The position numbers and the translations under genes are program-made. Source: Kiritimatiellia bacterium (GTDB lineage: Bacteria; Verrucomicrobiota; Kiritimatiellia; RFP12; UBA1067). From it: a stretch of 61,508 nt of DNA. Where the stretch lies: contig JAFXIL010000123.1 in assembly GCA_017563185.1 (NCBI GenBank), positions 1 through 61,508 on the forward strand, written 5' to 3'. Under the pieces are notes generated by a model. It was given only the letters and a program-made list of their open reading frames with translations, was not told where the DNA came from and did no database searches. Numbering within the stretch: the stretch's first letter is position 1; each line of letters starts with the position of its first letter. Positions 39,350 through 53,761 of the stretch are shown in pieces.

Positions 39350-40792
39350 TCAGCGCGCAATGCGGTAGCGCAGGGTCTCGCCTGCGGCGTGACGGCCTGA
39401 GACCGGCACAAGCACGAAACGGTCGTTCACCACGGCGCGGGGCACGTCCTTGCCGTCGGCGTCAATGAGGCGCGTCCCCTTGGGCGGCGTATCGGCAAGC
39501 ACCATCACGGGGCGGGCGCTCTTAACATCGGCGAGCTTGCCGAAGTTAAGCTCCTTCAAGAACGTGATCTTGACTTCATCCCCATTTATCTCCGTCTTGA
39601 GCGTGCGCCGCTCGGCGGGGAAATTGACGCTCTCGGCCGGATCGCCGTAGAAGGCCACGATGTCGCGGTCCCAGAGGAGTCCCAACGCCGTTTGGTCGAT
39701 GCCTGTGACCACGCCGCCGGTCACACCGGAGTCGAGCACCTCTGAATGTACTTCGATGAACTTCCGTGTGCTGGAACGCCCGTTGCCGAAGTCCTCGACC
39801 GCGATCTTTCTCGCCGGCAGCTCCGCATCCACCTGCGCAAGAGCCCAGAGAAGCATCTGGTTCTGCAGGTAGTACGCCTCGGCGAACGAGCAGCGCCCTT
39901 CCTCGAGGTGGCTCTTCACGCCCCAGCCCATGAAGCCGAAGAACGTCACGGCCGTGTAGCCGCACATCTGCTCCGCGCCGCCGGTGTGCATCCACGCCGT
40001 GGCCATGCAGGCCTTGCGGTCCACGTTGCCGATCAGGCAGTTTCCGGCCGCGAGGTAGATCTTGGGCGAGGCCTTGGTGACGGGGTATATGCCGCCCTCA
40101 GGGTTCATGAAGGCGAGGCGCGCCTCGCTGTCATGGCGGAGGGAACCTTCGTTTCTGTTGTAGATGATCTGCCAGTCATGCTGCGTGGCGTGTCCGCTAG
40201 TCACGAAGTAGTCAACGTCAATCGTGTTGAACGCATCTGCAAGAGCCTTTGCGGGGTTGCCGTCGGTGGGGACCTTCTCCACCTCGCCGCCCGGAAGCTT
40301 CCGCCAGAAGTCGTTCTTGTTGCCTTCGTTCGAGGCAAAGCCCGCGCTCCACCCCTTGACCGCGCCTTCCGAACCCATGCTCGTCGCGGCACGGCGAATC
40401 ACCCTCTCGCGCGGCGCCTTGACGATGCGCATCGCGTCCGCCGCCTCGTATCCCGTGAGAATTCCCCAGAATGCGTCGCCGTACGGATCGTCGTCTATCC
40501 TGCGCAGCAGCTGCGCGGCGCCCACCACGAGGTCGCGGCCTGCGGTCTCGGGACGCGAGACGAAGCACACGTACTTGGGACGCGCCTTCTTCAACTCCGG
40601 CAGAATCGAATCGAGCTTCTCGTTGCCGTCGTACTCGAGGCGCGTCGCGGAATGCTTCGCCACAAGGGCGTCCGCAACCTTCTTCCACTCGGGATCCGCG
40701 TACGTTTCCTTCTCAACGGCAACCACGTAAGAGCCGAACAGCGCCTGACTGGCTGCCGCCAGGGCGAACAGAATCAAATTCTTTGCATTCAT
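39350..40792 (-). CDS. Secreted hypothetical protein, possible gingipain/caspase-fold (clan CD) protease
   Basis: Signal peptide; YFVTSGH...IYLAAGNC dyad-like spacing; AFYGDPA. Confidence 0.55.
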   Translation of the reverse strand: MNAKNLILFALAAASQALFGSYVVAVEKETYADPEWKKVADALVAKHSATRLEYDGNEKLDSILPELKKARPKYVCFVSRPETAGRDLVVGAAQLLRRIDDDPYGDAFWGILTGYEAADAMRIVKAPRERVIRRAATSMGSEGAVKGWSAGFASNEGNKNDFWRKLPGGEVEKVPTDGNPAKALADAFNTIDVDYFVTSGHATQHDWQIIYNRNEGSLRHDSEARLAFMNPEGGIYPVTKASPKIYLAAGNCLIGNVDRKACMATAWMHTGGAEQMCGYTAVTFFGFMGWGVKSHLEEGRCSFAEAYYLQNQMLLWALAQVDAELPARKIAVEDFGNGRSSTRKFIEVHSEVLDSGVTGGVVTGIDQTALGLLWDRDIVAFYGDPAESVNFPAERRTLKTEINGDEVKITFLKELNFGKLADVKSARPVMVLADTPPKGTRLIDADGKDVPRAVVNDRFVLVPVSGRHAAGETLRYRIAR

Positions 40793-40802
40793 GTGTTGAA
40801 CC

Positions 40803-42047
40803 CTATTTTTCCAAAGCCTTGACAAGAGCAGGAAGAATCTCGAAGAGGTCTCCGACGATGCCGAGATCGGCCACGCCGAAAATCGGCGCGTTGGGATCGG
40901 AGTTGACGGCTATGATCGTGTCGGCCCCGCGTATGCCTTCGAGGTGCTGTATCGCGCCCGAGATTCCAAAGCACAGGTAGAGGCGCGGCGCAACGGTCTT
41001 GCCGGTCTGGCCGACCTGGCGCGATACGGGGCACCACCCGGCGTCCACGCACGCACGCGAGCACGACACCTCGCCGCCCAGCAGCTCCGCGAGGCGGAAG
41101 AGGAGCTTGAAGTTCTCCTCCTTCTTGAGGCCGCGTCCGCCGGAAACGAGAATATCGTGCGCCGCTATGTCGATCGCCGCAGGATCCTTCACCTTGCGAA
41201 CGAGCTTCGTCTGCGGCGCGATTAGCTTGAGCGCCTCGACAAGCACCTGTCCTTTCCGCTTTGGATCTGACGGCGCCTTCTTGAACACCTTAGGGCGCAC
41301 GGTGGCCATCTGCGGGCGGTGGTTCGGCGTCATGATGGTGGCCATGATGTTGCCGCCAAAGGCCGGACGCGTCTGGTGGAGCAGCATCTGCATCACGCCC
41401 GTGTCCTTGTTCTCCGTCTCTGCCACCTTGAGCATCGTGCAGTCCGCCGTGAGACCGGTGCGCACCTTCACCGCGACGCGCGCGAAGAACGCGCGCCCCA
41501 CGGCCGTAGCCCCGGCGAGCACCACCTCGGGCTTGTGCTTCACGATGAGCTGGCTCACGGCGTCCACATAGACGTTGGCCTCGTACTCCGCGAGCTCTGG
41601 AGCGTCCACCTTGTACACCACGTCGGCGCCTGCCGCCACGAGCGACTTTTCGGCCGTCTCGGGCAGGGAGCTTCCCAGCAGTACTGCACACAGCCTCGCG
41701 CCGCCGCCGCGCTGCGCCTTCAGCTCAAGTCCCTTCGCGAGCAGCTCGTATGCGACTTCCGCCACCGTTCCGCCGCTCTGCTCCGCAAACACCCAGATGT
41801 CGCGGTAAGACTCCACGTTTTCGGTGCCGTACACTTTCTGGCGCACTTCGCTGATGGCCTTGAACGGACACGCCTTCACGCAAGCGCCGCACGCCTTGCA
41901 CGCGGAGGCGTCCACCACGGCGAGCTTCCCCGCCTTGTTCGCGCCCTTCGCCTCGACCATCGAGATCGCGCCGAAGCCGCACCCCTTCACGCACTTTCCG
42001 CAGCCCTTGCAGAGCTTTGGATCGATGAAAACCGGCGCGTCAGCCAT
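40803..42047 (-). CDS. etfA: ETF alpha subunit with N-terminal 2x[4Fe-4S] ferredoxin domain
   Basis: Two CxxCxxCxxxC motifs; GLTADC, RPAFGGN, QVGQTG, GISGAIQH. Confidence 0.93.
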   Translation of the reverse strand: MADAPVFIDPKLCKGCGKCVKGCGFGAISMVEAKGANKAGKLAVVDASACKACGACVKACPFKAISEVRQKVYGTENVESYRDIWVFAEQSGGTVAEVAYELLAKGLELKAQRGGGARLCAVLLGSSLPETAEKSLVAAGADVVYKVDAPELAEYEANVYVDAVSQLIVKHKPEVVLAGATAVGRAFFARVAVKVRTGLTADCTMLKVAETENKDTGVMQMLLHQTRPAFGGNIMATIMTPNHRPQMATVRPKVFKKAPSDPKRKGQVLVEALKLIAPQTKLVRKVKDPAAIDIAAHDILVSGGRGLKKEENFKLLFRLAELLGGEVSCSRACVDAGWCPVSRQVGQTGKTVAPRLYLCFGISGAIQHLEGIRGADTIIAVNSDPNAPIFGVADLGIVGDLFEILPALVKALEK

Positions 42048-42855
42048 TGCCCTTCACCAGACCTTTCTTCGCGAGGAAATCTACTATCGCCTTCGCCCCC
42101 GCAGCTGCATCGCCGCGCGCATCCACCTTCTCTCCGCCGCTCTTCGCGGGCGGCGGGAATATCGTGACCACCTTCGTGGGCGAGCCCTTGAGCCCGATTC
42201 GGATCGGATCGGCGTCAAGCGCCTTCTCGTCAAGCACCTTCACATCGGCCTTGGCGGCCTTCATCCAGCCCGCGAGCGGCGCGAAGCGCGGCGTGGAGGC
42301 CTCCTTGAGAACCGTCATCACACACGGGAACGAGCCCTCGATCACGTGTTCGCCGTCGTCCATGACCGTCGTCACTGAAAACGTCTTCGCGTCATCGCCG
42401 ATGGAAAGCTCCTTCACGTACGTGACGAGCGGCACGCCGAGGAACTCGCTTACGCCGGGTCCGACCTGCGCGGTGTCGCCGTCGATTGCCTGCTTGCCGA
42501 AGAGGACAAGGTCGGGCGCCTTTCCGCCGCACGCCTTCTTGATCGCCTGGGCGATCGTGTATGAGGTGGCAAGGGTATCCGCACCGCCGAAGGCGCGGGA
42601 CGACACCAGATACGCGTCGTCCGCGCCACGCGCCAGCGCTTCGCGCAGCACCGCCGTCGCCTGAGGAGGTCCCATCGAGACCACCGTCACCTTCGCGCCG
42701 ACAAGGTCCTTCAGGCGCAGTCCCTCCTCGAGGGCGTATTCGTCGAACGGGTTGACGATCGACTCGACGCCCTCGCGCATGAGGGTGTTCGTCTTGGGGT
42801 TTATCCGGACGTTCGTGGTGTCCGGAACCTGCTTTATGCAGACGACGATATGCAT
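42040..42855 (-). CDS. etfB: ETF beta subunit
   Basis: VCIKQVPD, NPFD, GADTLATS, DGDTAQVG. Confidence 0.95.
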   Translation of the reverse strand: MHIVVCIKQVPDTTNVRINPKTNTLMREGVESIVNPFDEYALEEGLRLKDLVGAKVTVVSMGPPQATAVLREALARGADDAYLVSSRAFGGADTLATSYTIAQAIKKACGGKAPDLVLFGKQAIDGDTAQVGPGVSEFLGVPLVTYVKELSIGDDAKTFSVTTVMDDGEHVIEGSFPCVMTVLKEASTPRFAPLAGWMKAAKADVKVLDEKALDADPIRIGLKGSPTKVVTIFPPPAKSGGEKVDARGDAAAGAKAIVDFLAKKGLVKGNG

Positions 42856-42874
42856 GACAACAGCACGCTATTCT

Positions 42875-44113
42875 TTACTTGTCCACGCCGAAGCGGTACT
42901 CGGTGTGCGACTTGAACGTCTCGCCGGGCTTCAGCACGGTGGAGGGGAAGTCGGGGCGGTTGGGAGAGTCGGGATAATGCTGCGTCTCGAGCGCAACGCC
43001 GGCGAACTGGCAGAGGTGCTTGCCGGGCGTCTTGGCAGGAACGGTGTCGTCCATGTTCTGCGCGCCGTACATCTGCATGCAGGGCTCGGTGGTCCATATC
43101 TCCATCGTGCGGCCGGACGCGGGATCGCGCATCTTCACGGCCTGCTTGAGCTCGCCGGGCTTGCCGCGCAGCACGAAGTTGTGGTCGTACCAGTTGTCCA
43201 TGGGCGCAAGCGACTTGTCGGCCTTCATGAGATCGGCCTTGGCGCCGATCGGACGAAGCTCCGTGAAGTCGAAGCCGGTGCCCTTGACGGGGGCGTTCTT
43301 GGTGGGAATCAGGCCGGGCGTGGTCTGCGTGTACTCGTCGGCGAAGATCTGGAGTTCCTGCTTGAGCACGTTGCCGCTCGCTTCGCCGGCGAGGTTCCAG
43401 TAGGAGTGGTGTGTGGGATTGATGACGGTGGTCTTGTCGGTGGTGGCCTCGTAGTCAACGGTCCAGGTGTTGTTCGGCAGCACCTTGTACGTGACCTTGC
43501 AGGTGACGGTGCCGGGGAAGCCCATCTCTCCGTCTTTGGAGACGTATGTGAGCTCGAGGCCCTGCACGAAGCCCTGGCGGATCGGGCGAGCCTTCCACAC
43601 CTTCTTGTCCCAGCCTTCGGGACCGCTGTGGAGGTTGCAGTGGCGTTGCGTGGCCGCGGTCTTCTTGTCCTCGTTGATCGGCAGCTGACACACTTTGCCG
43701 TCGAGCGTGAACTTGCCGTCGGCGATGCGGTTGCCGTAGCGGCCGATGAGCGTGCCCATCGAGAAGCCGAGCTTTTCGTACTCGCCGGGCGTGTTCCAGC
43801 CGAGCGTCACGTCGGCGAGGTTGCCGAACTTGTCAGGCGCGTAGCAGCGCACGACGCGCCCGCCGTAGTCGGAGACGTCGAGGATGAGCCCGCCCATCCC
43901 GCGCAGGCGGTAGATCTTCACCTCGGTGCCGTCGGCCAGCTTGCCGAACGAACGCACGAAGCCGTTGCGCGGCACGAAACCGGAACGCGCGCGCTGCATG
44001 GGCGCACCTGGACGGCGGGGGACGACGGGGCGCGCCGCCGGGCTGGGCGCGTTTTGCGCAAGGCACGCACAGGCCGCAAGGGCCATGCAAAAAGCGATTG
44101 TTGACTTCTTCAT
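42875..44113 (-). CDS. galM: Aldose 1-epimerase, with signal peptide
   Basis: GRYGNRI, NPTHHSYWNL, YDHNF, ALETQHYPD. Confidence 0.93.
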   Translation of the reverse strand: MKKSTIAFCMALAACACLAQNAPSPAARPVVPRRPGAPMQRARSGFVPRNGFVRSFGKLADGTEVKIYRLRGMGGLILDVSDYGGRVVRCYAPDKFGNLADVTLGWNTPGEYEKLGFSMGTLIGRYGNRIADGKFTLDGKVCQLPINEDKKTAATQRHCNLHSGPEGWDKKVWKARPIRQGFVQGLELTYVSKDGEMGFPGTVTCKVTYKVLPNNTWTVDYEATTDKTTVINPTHHSYWNLAGEASGNVLKQELQIFADEYTQTTPGLIPTKNAPVKGTGFDFTELRPIGAKADLMKADKSLAPMDNWYDHNFVLRGKPGELKQAVKMRDPASGRTMEIWTTEPCMQMYGAQNMDDTVPAKTPGKHLCQFAGVALETQHYPDSPNRPDFPSTVLKPGETFKSHTEYRFGVDK

Positions 44114-44134
44114 GATATGCTTCTCCTTGTTGTT

Positions 44135-46795
<2,661 letters not shown>

Positions 46796-46812
46796 TTTTC
46801 CTCTTCTTGAAT

Positions 46813-49800
46813 CTACTCGGAATAGATGGAGTTCTTGTTCAGCATTTCGGCCGTATCATAGTAGGCGGGTTCGCCGTCGAGACGGTACTTGTACCACACC
46901 GGCACGCCCGGGAAGTCGCCCCAGCCATAGAACCAGCCGGGCGAGTTGCGGGAGTGGGGATCCCAGATGTCAATCGTGGCGGTGAAGTCGTCGTCGAAGG
47001 AGTCGGGACCGAACACGAACCAGCGCAGAGGCAGGTAGAGCGACTGCACCTCAGCGTCGCCGTTGCGCAGCGCGCCCACGATCTTGAAGGTGACGCTTGT
47101 CCACGCAGGCGAGTAGAGGTTGTAGTCGATGCTGGAGCTTCCCGGCTCCAGGCCGAGCAGATGATCTGGCTTGCGGGCCACGTTTGTTATCCTGTTCGTG
47201 ATCATCATCGTCACGGTAACGCGGTCATTGGTGTAGACAATGTCATTGCCCAGATCGTAAATCGGCTGCAAGACGGGCTGCACCGGGGCAGAGCCGCCGC
47301 CCATGCCGGACTTGAACACCCAGCCGTCCTGGGTGGGGTCGATGTCGAGCCAGTACATGTCCTTGAGTTCAAGCATGCCCAGCTTCTGGTTGGAGAGGCT
47401 CCAGTCCTCGGCCATGTAGAGTCCGCCAGAGTCGTCCTTGTCCCCCAGCCAGGCCATCACTGCGGGGAAGTACGGGTCGCTGGCGTCCATGCCGAGATCG
47501 GCCACGTCGCTTCCGGCCTCCGCCTTTGCGTACACCGTCACCGTCTCGTTCACGTCGGGGAGATGAAGCGTCCAGGTGTGGTTGTCGGCTCCGCGGTCGC
47601 CGCGGCCCTTCGCCTCGGCCACAACAACGCCGTTGGTCGTCACCTCGCCCATGCGCCACCACTTGTCGGTCGTGTACACGATGTTGGTCGAGGTGCCCTT
47701 GCGGATGATGAAGACCTCGCTGTCCTTAGTCTTGTTGCCGATGGCCTGGTGGAGGTGGCCGCCCAGCACGGTGGCGTAGATCCACACGTTCGTTCCGTTG
47801 GGCTTGAGGAACCAGTTGGCGTCGATTATCTGGCGGGTGTCGTCCTCGAACTTGTTGAGCTCGGACGCAGTGGAGACGAGCACGTTCGTCCAGCACGACG
47901 CATCCTCGCCGTGGCTCTTGAACACGCCCAGCGTCTTCGGCGTGTCGTCGCAGCCGACGAAGAACCACTGCGCGCCTGGCTCGACGGAGAGCACGTCGTT
48001 CAGCATGTTCGTGCCGGAGCCCCACCACTCCCAGCTCGTGCCAGCGTAGGGGTTCGTGCCCTGCACTATGATCTGGTGCTCGATCACGCCGCTCGGGCGC
48101 ACAAGCTCGATGCCGTAGGTGCTGGAACTGTAGAAGTTGCCGCCCCTGGCGAGACTGAGCATGTTGCAGGTGTCAACGGAGAGCGTATCCCACGTGCCAT
48201 CGGCTGCCGCAACGCCGCTTATGACGCCCTGGCTGTCGCGCGTGCCCGCAGCGGGGCTGCGCAGAGCCACCACCGTGTAGTCGTTCGTCCAGTCCTTGCC
48301 CATGCAGGTGCCGAGCTTGGGATTGGGGTTGATCTTCGCGTCGTAGTAGCCGAACCGCGCAATCGATCCCCTGTTCAGGCGCTTGACGCCGTCGCTTCCC
48401 GTCACGATCGTGTTCGCGACGACGTTTATGTACCAGTTGGAGAGGTCGGCGCCGCGCGGCACGGCGACCTCGATGAACTGCTGCTTGGCGTCGTCGTTGG
48501 ACATGCTGTTCCCGGCGTCGTCGCAGATGTTCACCTCGTTGATCCACGCGCGCTTGGGCGAGATGGTGTCCAGAATGGTGTAGCCGGCGAAGCCCTGGCT
48601 TCTATACGTCTCGTTGAGGTCCCTGATGCCCCAGTACCAGTCGGGCACGGTCCAGTCCAGGCTGTCGAGGCTGTGGCGATGCTTGTTGCCGTCCTTGTCC
48701 TTGAATTCGCACCACAGATAGTACTGCCACACGTTCTCCGGGTAGAAGGAGCTGGGCGTGTCGGCCGGGGAAATGATGCTGTCGGGGGTATTGTAGGTGG
48801 AGCGGAACGTGAGCGTGCCGGGAATGCGGTCGAGGCGCACCGCAGCCACATGGTTGCTCCAGTTCGCATAGCCCCAAGGCGAAATGCCGCGCTTGAACGC
48901 CGCGTACACGACAAGGCTCGAGTCATCCAGCTGGTCGCTCATCTGCTGCGGCTCGATTGTGCACTGGAGGCCCCAGCTCTCGCCGAGAAGCGGCTGCTCG
49001 CTGAGGTCGGTGACGTTCGGCACCACCTTGGCGGGGATGTCCACTAGGCCGGAGCGGAACGGACGCACGTTGCGGAACACGATGCGCGGCTGAATGGGCT
49101 CGCCAACGGATATCTCGTCGATAAACACGCGCTGGAGCGGCGTGGCCTTTGGCTTCTCCCAGTCGGCCGAGGACGAAATGCTGGGGCTGCGCCCGTGGCG
49201 CGAGCCGGCCACCTCCAGGCGTATGGCCTTGAACTGCGACGTGTCGTCGGTCGTGGCCCACGAGAACGTCTGGTATGTGGTGTTGGTGATCTCGAAGTCC
49301 GTGATGCGCTGCCAGCTTTCCGGCGCCACCACCTGGTCGTCGTCGGGCTCGAACGAACCGTAGAGCGTCACCCACGAGCTCTTGCGGTTGGCCGCAGTGT
49401 CGAACGTGCGGGCGCGGAAGCTCACGCTGCCGATGCCGTTCGTGAGCGGCGGGCACTGCACGAAGGAGTTGTTTGCGGCGTATGCGGCGAGATTCGCCTG
49501 GTCGGTGAGGCCGATGCCCTGCGCGGCCTCGGTGTTGTTGTCCGAATTGAGCGCCGAGAAGTTGAGCGATCCGGAAATGCCGTCCGGCGAGTCGAAGAGA
49601 TATGCAAAGCGCTTGTCGGCGGTGTTCCAGCCGGCGGTGTGGAAGTTCCAGGCGTACCACGAGCGCATGTCGAGGGCGGGCTCGTCGTAGCAGTAGGCGC
49701 TCTCGATCATGATCTGGCCATAGTTGATGTCGCGGGTGGGAAGGGTTTCCGTCTCGCGGCAGTGCCTGATCACCGACTCGTCCACCACAAGACGCACAAG

Positions 49801-52800
49801 GCCGTGCACCGGCGCGCGGAAGCTCATGTAGTGCGTGAGAGTGCCCCTCTGGCGCGCGGTGGCGCTCATCGCCGAGAAGTCGAAGTTAGTCACGGTGGTC
49901 CAGTTGTAATTCGACGACGGGTACGTGGTGAGGGACTCGCTCACGCCGCCCACGCTCGTCAGGTTCGTGCACACCTGCAGAAGCAGCTTGGCGTGCGAAT
50001 CGGCGTTGCGGTAATTGGCGCTGAACATCGAGATGCCGTTCTCAAGGTACGGCGAGCGTATGCCCATGGCGTACTCCTCCACGCCGCGGCTCGGCTGCAG
50101 ATGCACAAGCTTCGTACCGGCGACGTTCGTGACCACGCCGCACATGTACACCCACCTGCCGGACTGGCCGTTGTAGTAGGCAAGGCCGGGATAGTCCGGC
50201 GCGCGCCAGCTGCTGACCTCTAACTCGTCCACCACGACGTCCGTGCGCACGTCGTCGTACGAGTTGCCGCCGGTGCGCAGACGCACCTGGTAGTTCGGCG
50301 ACACGCGCGAGACGAACTGGAACACGTTGGTGCCGAAGCTGTTTATCGTCATTTCCTGGCCGCTGGGCTGCCAGCCGTTTCCGCCGGTTGCGCTCTTGAA
50401 CTCAAGTCTCACCGTCTGGTTCGTGGGCAGCGTAGCCTCGAGATTCGACTTGCCGCCCGGAGTTATGGAAAAGCTCGGATCGAACGTCCATCTGTCGCGG
50501 TAGAACGCCCAGTCCCCGCTCTCCAGACCGCCCACATACGAGCCGGCAGTGTTGATTTCCACGGTCGTTCCACTGACTATCAGAGGATGCTTCTGCATAG
50601 CCATGAACGAAGCCATGCAGTCCGTGGAGCCGACGCCATACGTTCCCTTTGAGAAAGCATTCTGCGTGTCGGTAATCTCGACAAGCGTCTTCAGATTCTT
50701 GTCCGCGCTGACAATGTCGCTTCCGTACCCCGAACTCAACACGCCGCGCAGACGCACGGTCGAGCCAGTCCTGTGTATGAGCAGATACGCATTGGAGCCG
50801 TTGGCTCTCGCCGATTTATTGCTGCCGCTCGGAACAAGATAGTTTCCGAAGCTGGTTATGGCTGTCTGATTTGGCCCCGGACGCGCGTATGCGGTGTTGT
50901 CGCTCACGGCAACGACGTTCGATGCAAGAAGCGTGGCAGTCATGCCACTCGACTTGGGAAGCCATTTGTATATCGCAGCGCACAGCTGCTCCGGCCCGCA
51001 GCGGGTTATCCGGAACTCGTAGCACCCAACGGTCGGGCGATAGTAGCCGACAAGCGAAACGGACGGCGTTCCGGGCGATATGTCCTTTGCGTTTCCAAGT
51101 GTGCCGCCTTCGTGTCCCATCGCGAGACGAGCGCTGATCGCGTAGTTCGTAAAGGAGGTGCCGTCCATATACCATGCGAAGTCCTCGAAGCGCGGCTCCT
51201 GCGCGACGCGCGCCTTGAACTTGACGGTGTCCACGCCCTTGGGCATGACGTCCTCCGTGAAGCCCTCCATTCCGATCCAACCCTGTCCGCGTCCCTCCAT
51301 CTGGAGGGACATGTTGCCTTCCAGGCCGCGCACCGCGCGCACGAACTGCCCATGGCCGGCGGTCCAGCCGTTGGGGGTGCGGTGCTCGTCGAATATCTGG
51401 TTGAATGGATAGGTCTTGTAGTCGGTCGTGTCGAACGCCACGCGCCACTCGTCGCGCACGAAGGACGATGTGGCCCAGCCGCCCTCGCCGTCCAGACCCC
51501 TCAGCTCGTCGTCCATCACGAACTTCTGTTTCTTGTCCGATACGCCGATCGCGCCCATGCCGTTCCAGTTGGTGTGGCCCACGTAGCCGACGGTGGCGTC
51601 CGTCCAGGCGTTGAAGCTCTGGTACGCCGCATGGCAGATGCTGAACGAAAGGAGCTCGTCGTTGAACTCGATCAGCAGGTGCGTGGCCGCATCGTCCAGC
51701 CGGCACGAGATGTCGTTGTGGTAGCCAAGGCCGGCGGCGGAGGTGTATGGAATGTACGGCAGCTCCTTGAGGTCGCAGTACCAGGTGTTCGTGCGGCTGT
51801 GATAGCCGACGTCGACCCTGTTAGTGTACAACTGCTCGCCCTGGAAGTGGAAAGAGAACGTCTCGCCCACCATGTTCGTGGGCACGTAGTAGTGCGTGCG
51901 CCAGGTGTGGTCGCCCACCAGCTCCATGCGTATGTCTTCGCTCTTAACGCCTTCCGCGCCGTTGGTGGTCACTGTAGTGCACAGCTTCACCCACTTGTAG
52001 TCGCTTATGCCTTCGCGTATTCGCGTGAAATGATGGTTTCCAAGGGCCGGCGTCCGGAAATCCTCTGCGACTTCCAAACGATTGGTAACATACTTAATCT
52101 CTTCAGACCATGCAGTATTGGCACCGGGATTCTTTCCAAATACTGTCGCACTGTCATTTGCATAATCGCGAATCCTGTAGTATGGACAACTTGTCCTGGC
52201 CGTATAGTAATACTCCAAATCTCCAACTCCATCCGCAAGCTTTATGCCGGCCACAGAAACCAATTGCGTTATGGTGGAGTCTTCTTCAAACTCAATGTAC
52301 GCAGAATCGGTAGCACTGTTGTTTTTATCCGTAGTAAGGGGAATGCTCTGCCAGTCATTGACTTTCTGGTCAAGATATCGCCACCGATACCAGAATTCGG
52401 GCTCGGACAATCTCAAATCCTGTGCTATCCCCTGAAAATTGGTCACCCATGAAAAATGGAGTTGCGTGTTAACCTTCTGGTCGGCATACGAAAGAAATGG
52501 TCTGTCAAAATCCCCTGTACAGCCAATAACGCTCGTCCCTCCAAGTTCCGGATCGTAAGAATCGCCGTATCGCTCCAGTTTGACTGTCGTAGGAGGATAC
52601 GATGCAATGACGTTGTCAATCAATATAAGACCGGTGTTGTCAACGTTGGAGCCAGAATCTATTGCCGTGCGGCAAATCCTAAATCGCATGGGGCCATAGT
52701 AGTTAAACCGCGTGCGACATCTGTAATAACCCTCAGAGCTGCTTGACTTGACTGCCATCACCAGATTTGTAGTCTCGACAGTATTGGTTATCGAAGTCCC

Positions 52801-53601
52801 CTTGACATACAGAATCGTCATAGGAACCGTTTTCCATTCATAATAGTCATTCCACTTCTCGAAGGGAACTTCCTTATGGACATTCTCAAAGGAAACATTT
52901 CCTACTGCAATGGCCTCCTCCGTCAAATTAGTGCATATCTGCAATGCAATTGCCCCTTCTGAAGCATTGACATGCGAATTTACCGTGTCAAAATAAATTG
53001 TCCCAATTCCATCGGTGTAAAAGGGAGAGTAAACCCTAGCCTGCATTGTGTTGCGCATGACAATGGTTGCATTGGCTGCATTGTCATAGCAGTCAACCCA
53101 TTCGCCGTCCTCGTCATACACATGATCTACCGAAGAGACACTCGGCTGGGCATAACGGGAATAGGGCAATGTATTACGATTTCGCGCTCCTACTTTAACA
53201 TATCCCGCTCTACAATCCTCCAGTCGCCACAGCGGTTCATCTTCAGGACTGTAAAGGACGTGTTGGGTACCATGAAGAAGAAGCCCCGTGGTCGTCCTTC
53301 GATTGTCCAAAGCCGGTTCATGCGTCCAGTATGTAACATTTCGCGCCACACCATTGACTAGCACCGTCCTATTTGTGTCATAGTAGCCCTGGTACTCTAT
53401 TCGCCCATTATTGACCGACCGTGAATCGTTGTTCATGAGGAGAATGCGGTCGTTCCCCATGTTTTGATAAGAAGCTGCCAGGGCGCGGCGCGGCGCGGCC
53501 GCGAGGCCGAGCGCCGCGAGCACGACGAGCATGGCGCGGAAGCCAACACCGCGCCGGCGCGTCCCTGCCGGGAAGAAGATGTTTTTCAGTCTGTTTTTCA
53601 T
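46813..53601 (-). CDS. Giant (~2260 aa) secreted/surface protein with repeated beta-rich modules and a lamin-tail-like domain
   Basis: Signal peptide ending ALA; P...G(I/V)..(Y/V)xF-type motif recurs about 4 times; WINEVN...QFIEV...ADLSNW near 48430-48546. Confidence 0.8.
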   Translation of the reverse strand: MKNRLKNIFFPAGTRRRGVGFRAMLVVLAALGLAAAPRRALAASYQNMGNDRILLMNNDSRSVNNGRIEYQGYYDTNRTVLVNGVARNVTYWTHEPALDNRRTTTGLLLHGTQHVLYSPEDEPLWRLEDCRAGYVKVGARNRNTLPYSRYAQPSVSSVDHVYDEDGEWVDCYDNAANATIVMRNTMQARVYSPFYTDGIGTIYFDTVNSHVNASEGAIALQICTNLTEEAIAVGNVSFENVHKEVPFEKWNDYYEWKTVPMTILYVKGTSITNTVETTNLVMAVKSSSSEGYYRCRTRFNYYGPMRFRICRTAIDSGSNVDNTGLILIDNVIASYPPTTVKLERYGDSYDPELGGTSVIGCTGDFDRPFLSYADQKVNTQLHFSWVTNFQGIAQDLRLSEPEFWYRWRYLDQKVNDWQSIPLTTDKNNSATDSAYIEFEEDSTITQLVSVAGIKLADGVGDLEYYYTARTSCPYYRIRDYANDSATVFGKNPGANTAWSEEIKYVTNRLEVAEDFRTPALGNHHFTRIREGISDYKWVKLCTTVTTNGAEGVKSEDIRMELVGDHTWRTHYYVPTNMVGETFSFHFQGEQLYTNRVDVGYHSRTNTWYCDLKELPYIPYTSAAGLGYHNDISCRLDDAATHLLIEFNDELLSFSICHAAYQSFNAWTDATVGYVGHTNWNGMGAIGVSDKKQKFVMDDELRGLDGEGGWATSSFVRDEWRVAFDTTDYKTYPFNQIFDEHRTPNGWTAGHGQFVRAVRGLEGNMSLQMEGRGQGWIGMEGFTEDVMPKGVDTVKFKARVAQEPRFEDFAWYMDGTSFTNYAISARLAMGHEGGTLGNAKDISPGTPSVSLVGYYRPTVGCYEFRITRCGPEQLCAAIYKWLPKSSGMTATLLASNVVAVSDNTAYARPGPNQTAITSFGNYLVPSGSNKSARANGSNAYLLIHRTGSTVRLRGVLSSGYGSDIVSADKNLKTLVEITDTQNAFSKGTYGVGSTDCMASFMAMQKHPLIVSGTTVEINTAGSYVGGLESGDWAFYRDRWTFDPSFSITPGGKSNLEATLPTNQTVRLEFKSATGGNGWQPSGQEMTINSFGTNVFQFVSRVSPNYQVRLRTGGNSYDDVRTDVVVDELEVSSWRAPDYPGLAYYNGQSGRWVYMCGVVTNVAGTKLVHLQPSRGVEEYAMGIRSPYLENGISMFSANYRNADSHAKLLLQVCTNLTSVGGVSESLTTYPSSNYNWTTVTNFDFSAMSATARQRGTLTHYMSFRAPVHGLVRLVVDESVIRHCRETETLPTRDINYGQIMIESAYCYDEPALDMRSWYAWNFHTAGWNTADKRFAYLFDSPDGISGSLNFSALNSDNNTEAAQGIGLTDQANLAAYAANNSFVQCPPLTNGIGSVSFRARTFDTAANRKSSWVTLYGSFEPDDDQVVAPESWQRITDFEITNTTYQTFSWATTDDTSQFKAIRLEVAGSRHGRSPSISSSADWEKPKATPLQRVFIDEISVGEPIQPRIVFRNVRPFRSGLVDIPAKVVPNVTDLSEQPLLGESWGLQCTIEPQQMSDQLDDSSLVVYAAFKRGISPWGYANWSNHVAAVRLDRIPGTLTFRSTYNTPDSIISPADTPSSFYPENVWQYYLWCEFKDKDGNKHRHSLDSLDWTVPDWYWGIRDLNETYRSQGFAGYTILDTISPKRAWINEVNICDDAGNSMSNDDAKQQFIEVAVPRGADLSNWYINVVANTIVTGSDGVKRLNRGSIARFGYYDAKINPNPKLGTCMGKDWTNDYTVVALRSPAAGTRDSQGVISGVAAADGTWDTLSVDTCNMLSLARGGNFYSSSTYGIELVRPSGVIEHQIIVQGTNPYAGTSWEWWGSGTNMLNDVLSVEPGAQWFFVGCDDTPKTLGVFKSHGEDASCWTNVLVSTASELNKFEDDTRQIIDANWFLKPNGTNVWIYATVLGGHLHQAIGNKTKDSEVFIIRKGTSTNIVYTTDKWWRMGEVTTNGVVVAEAKGRGDRGADNHTWTLHLPDVNETVTVYAKAEAGSDVADLGMDASDPYFPAVMAWLGDKDDSGGLYMAEDWSLSNQKLGMLELKDMYWLDIDPTQDGWVFKSGMGGGSAPVQPVLQPIYDLGNDIVYTNDRVTVTMMITNRITNVARKPDHLLGLEPGSSSIDYNLYSPAWTSVTFKIVGALRNGDAEVQSLYLPLRWFVFGPDSFDDDFTATIDIWDPHSRNSPGWFYGWGDFPGVPVWYKYRLDGEPAYYDTAEMLNKNSIYSE

Positions 53602-53670
53602 GTCTGTTCCCCTGAAATCGGCCAATCGGCGCACTGTGCCCGCCGGAAGAGGGCACACTACACCTATCGT

Positions 53671-53700
53671 TCGGTCAAGATTTTACCATAATCTGACCGA
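53671..53700 (-). promoter_or_regulatory. Extended -10 promoter (TGgTAAAAT) embedded in an inverted repeat (operator-like)
   Basis: TCGGTCA(A)GATT-ttaccat-AATCTGACCGA upstream of the giant gene. Confidence 0.6.
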
Positions 53701-53761
53701 TGTGTGAATGAAAAAGTTTGGGAGTTTGAAAGTTTGAGCGTCAGGTTCTCAACCTGGCCAC

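Noticed and set aside
53671-53700. Invertible (phase-variable) promoter
   Set aside because: The 7-bp spacer is too short for recombinase inversion and no invertase is nearby.
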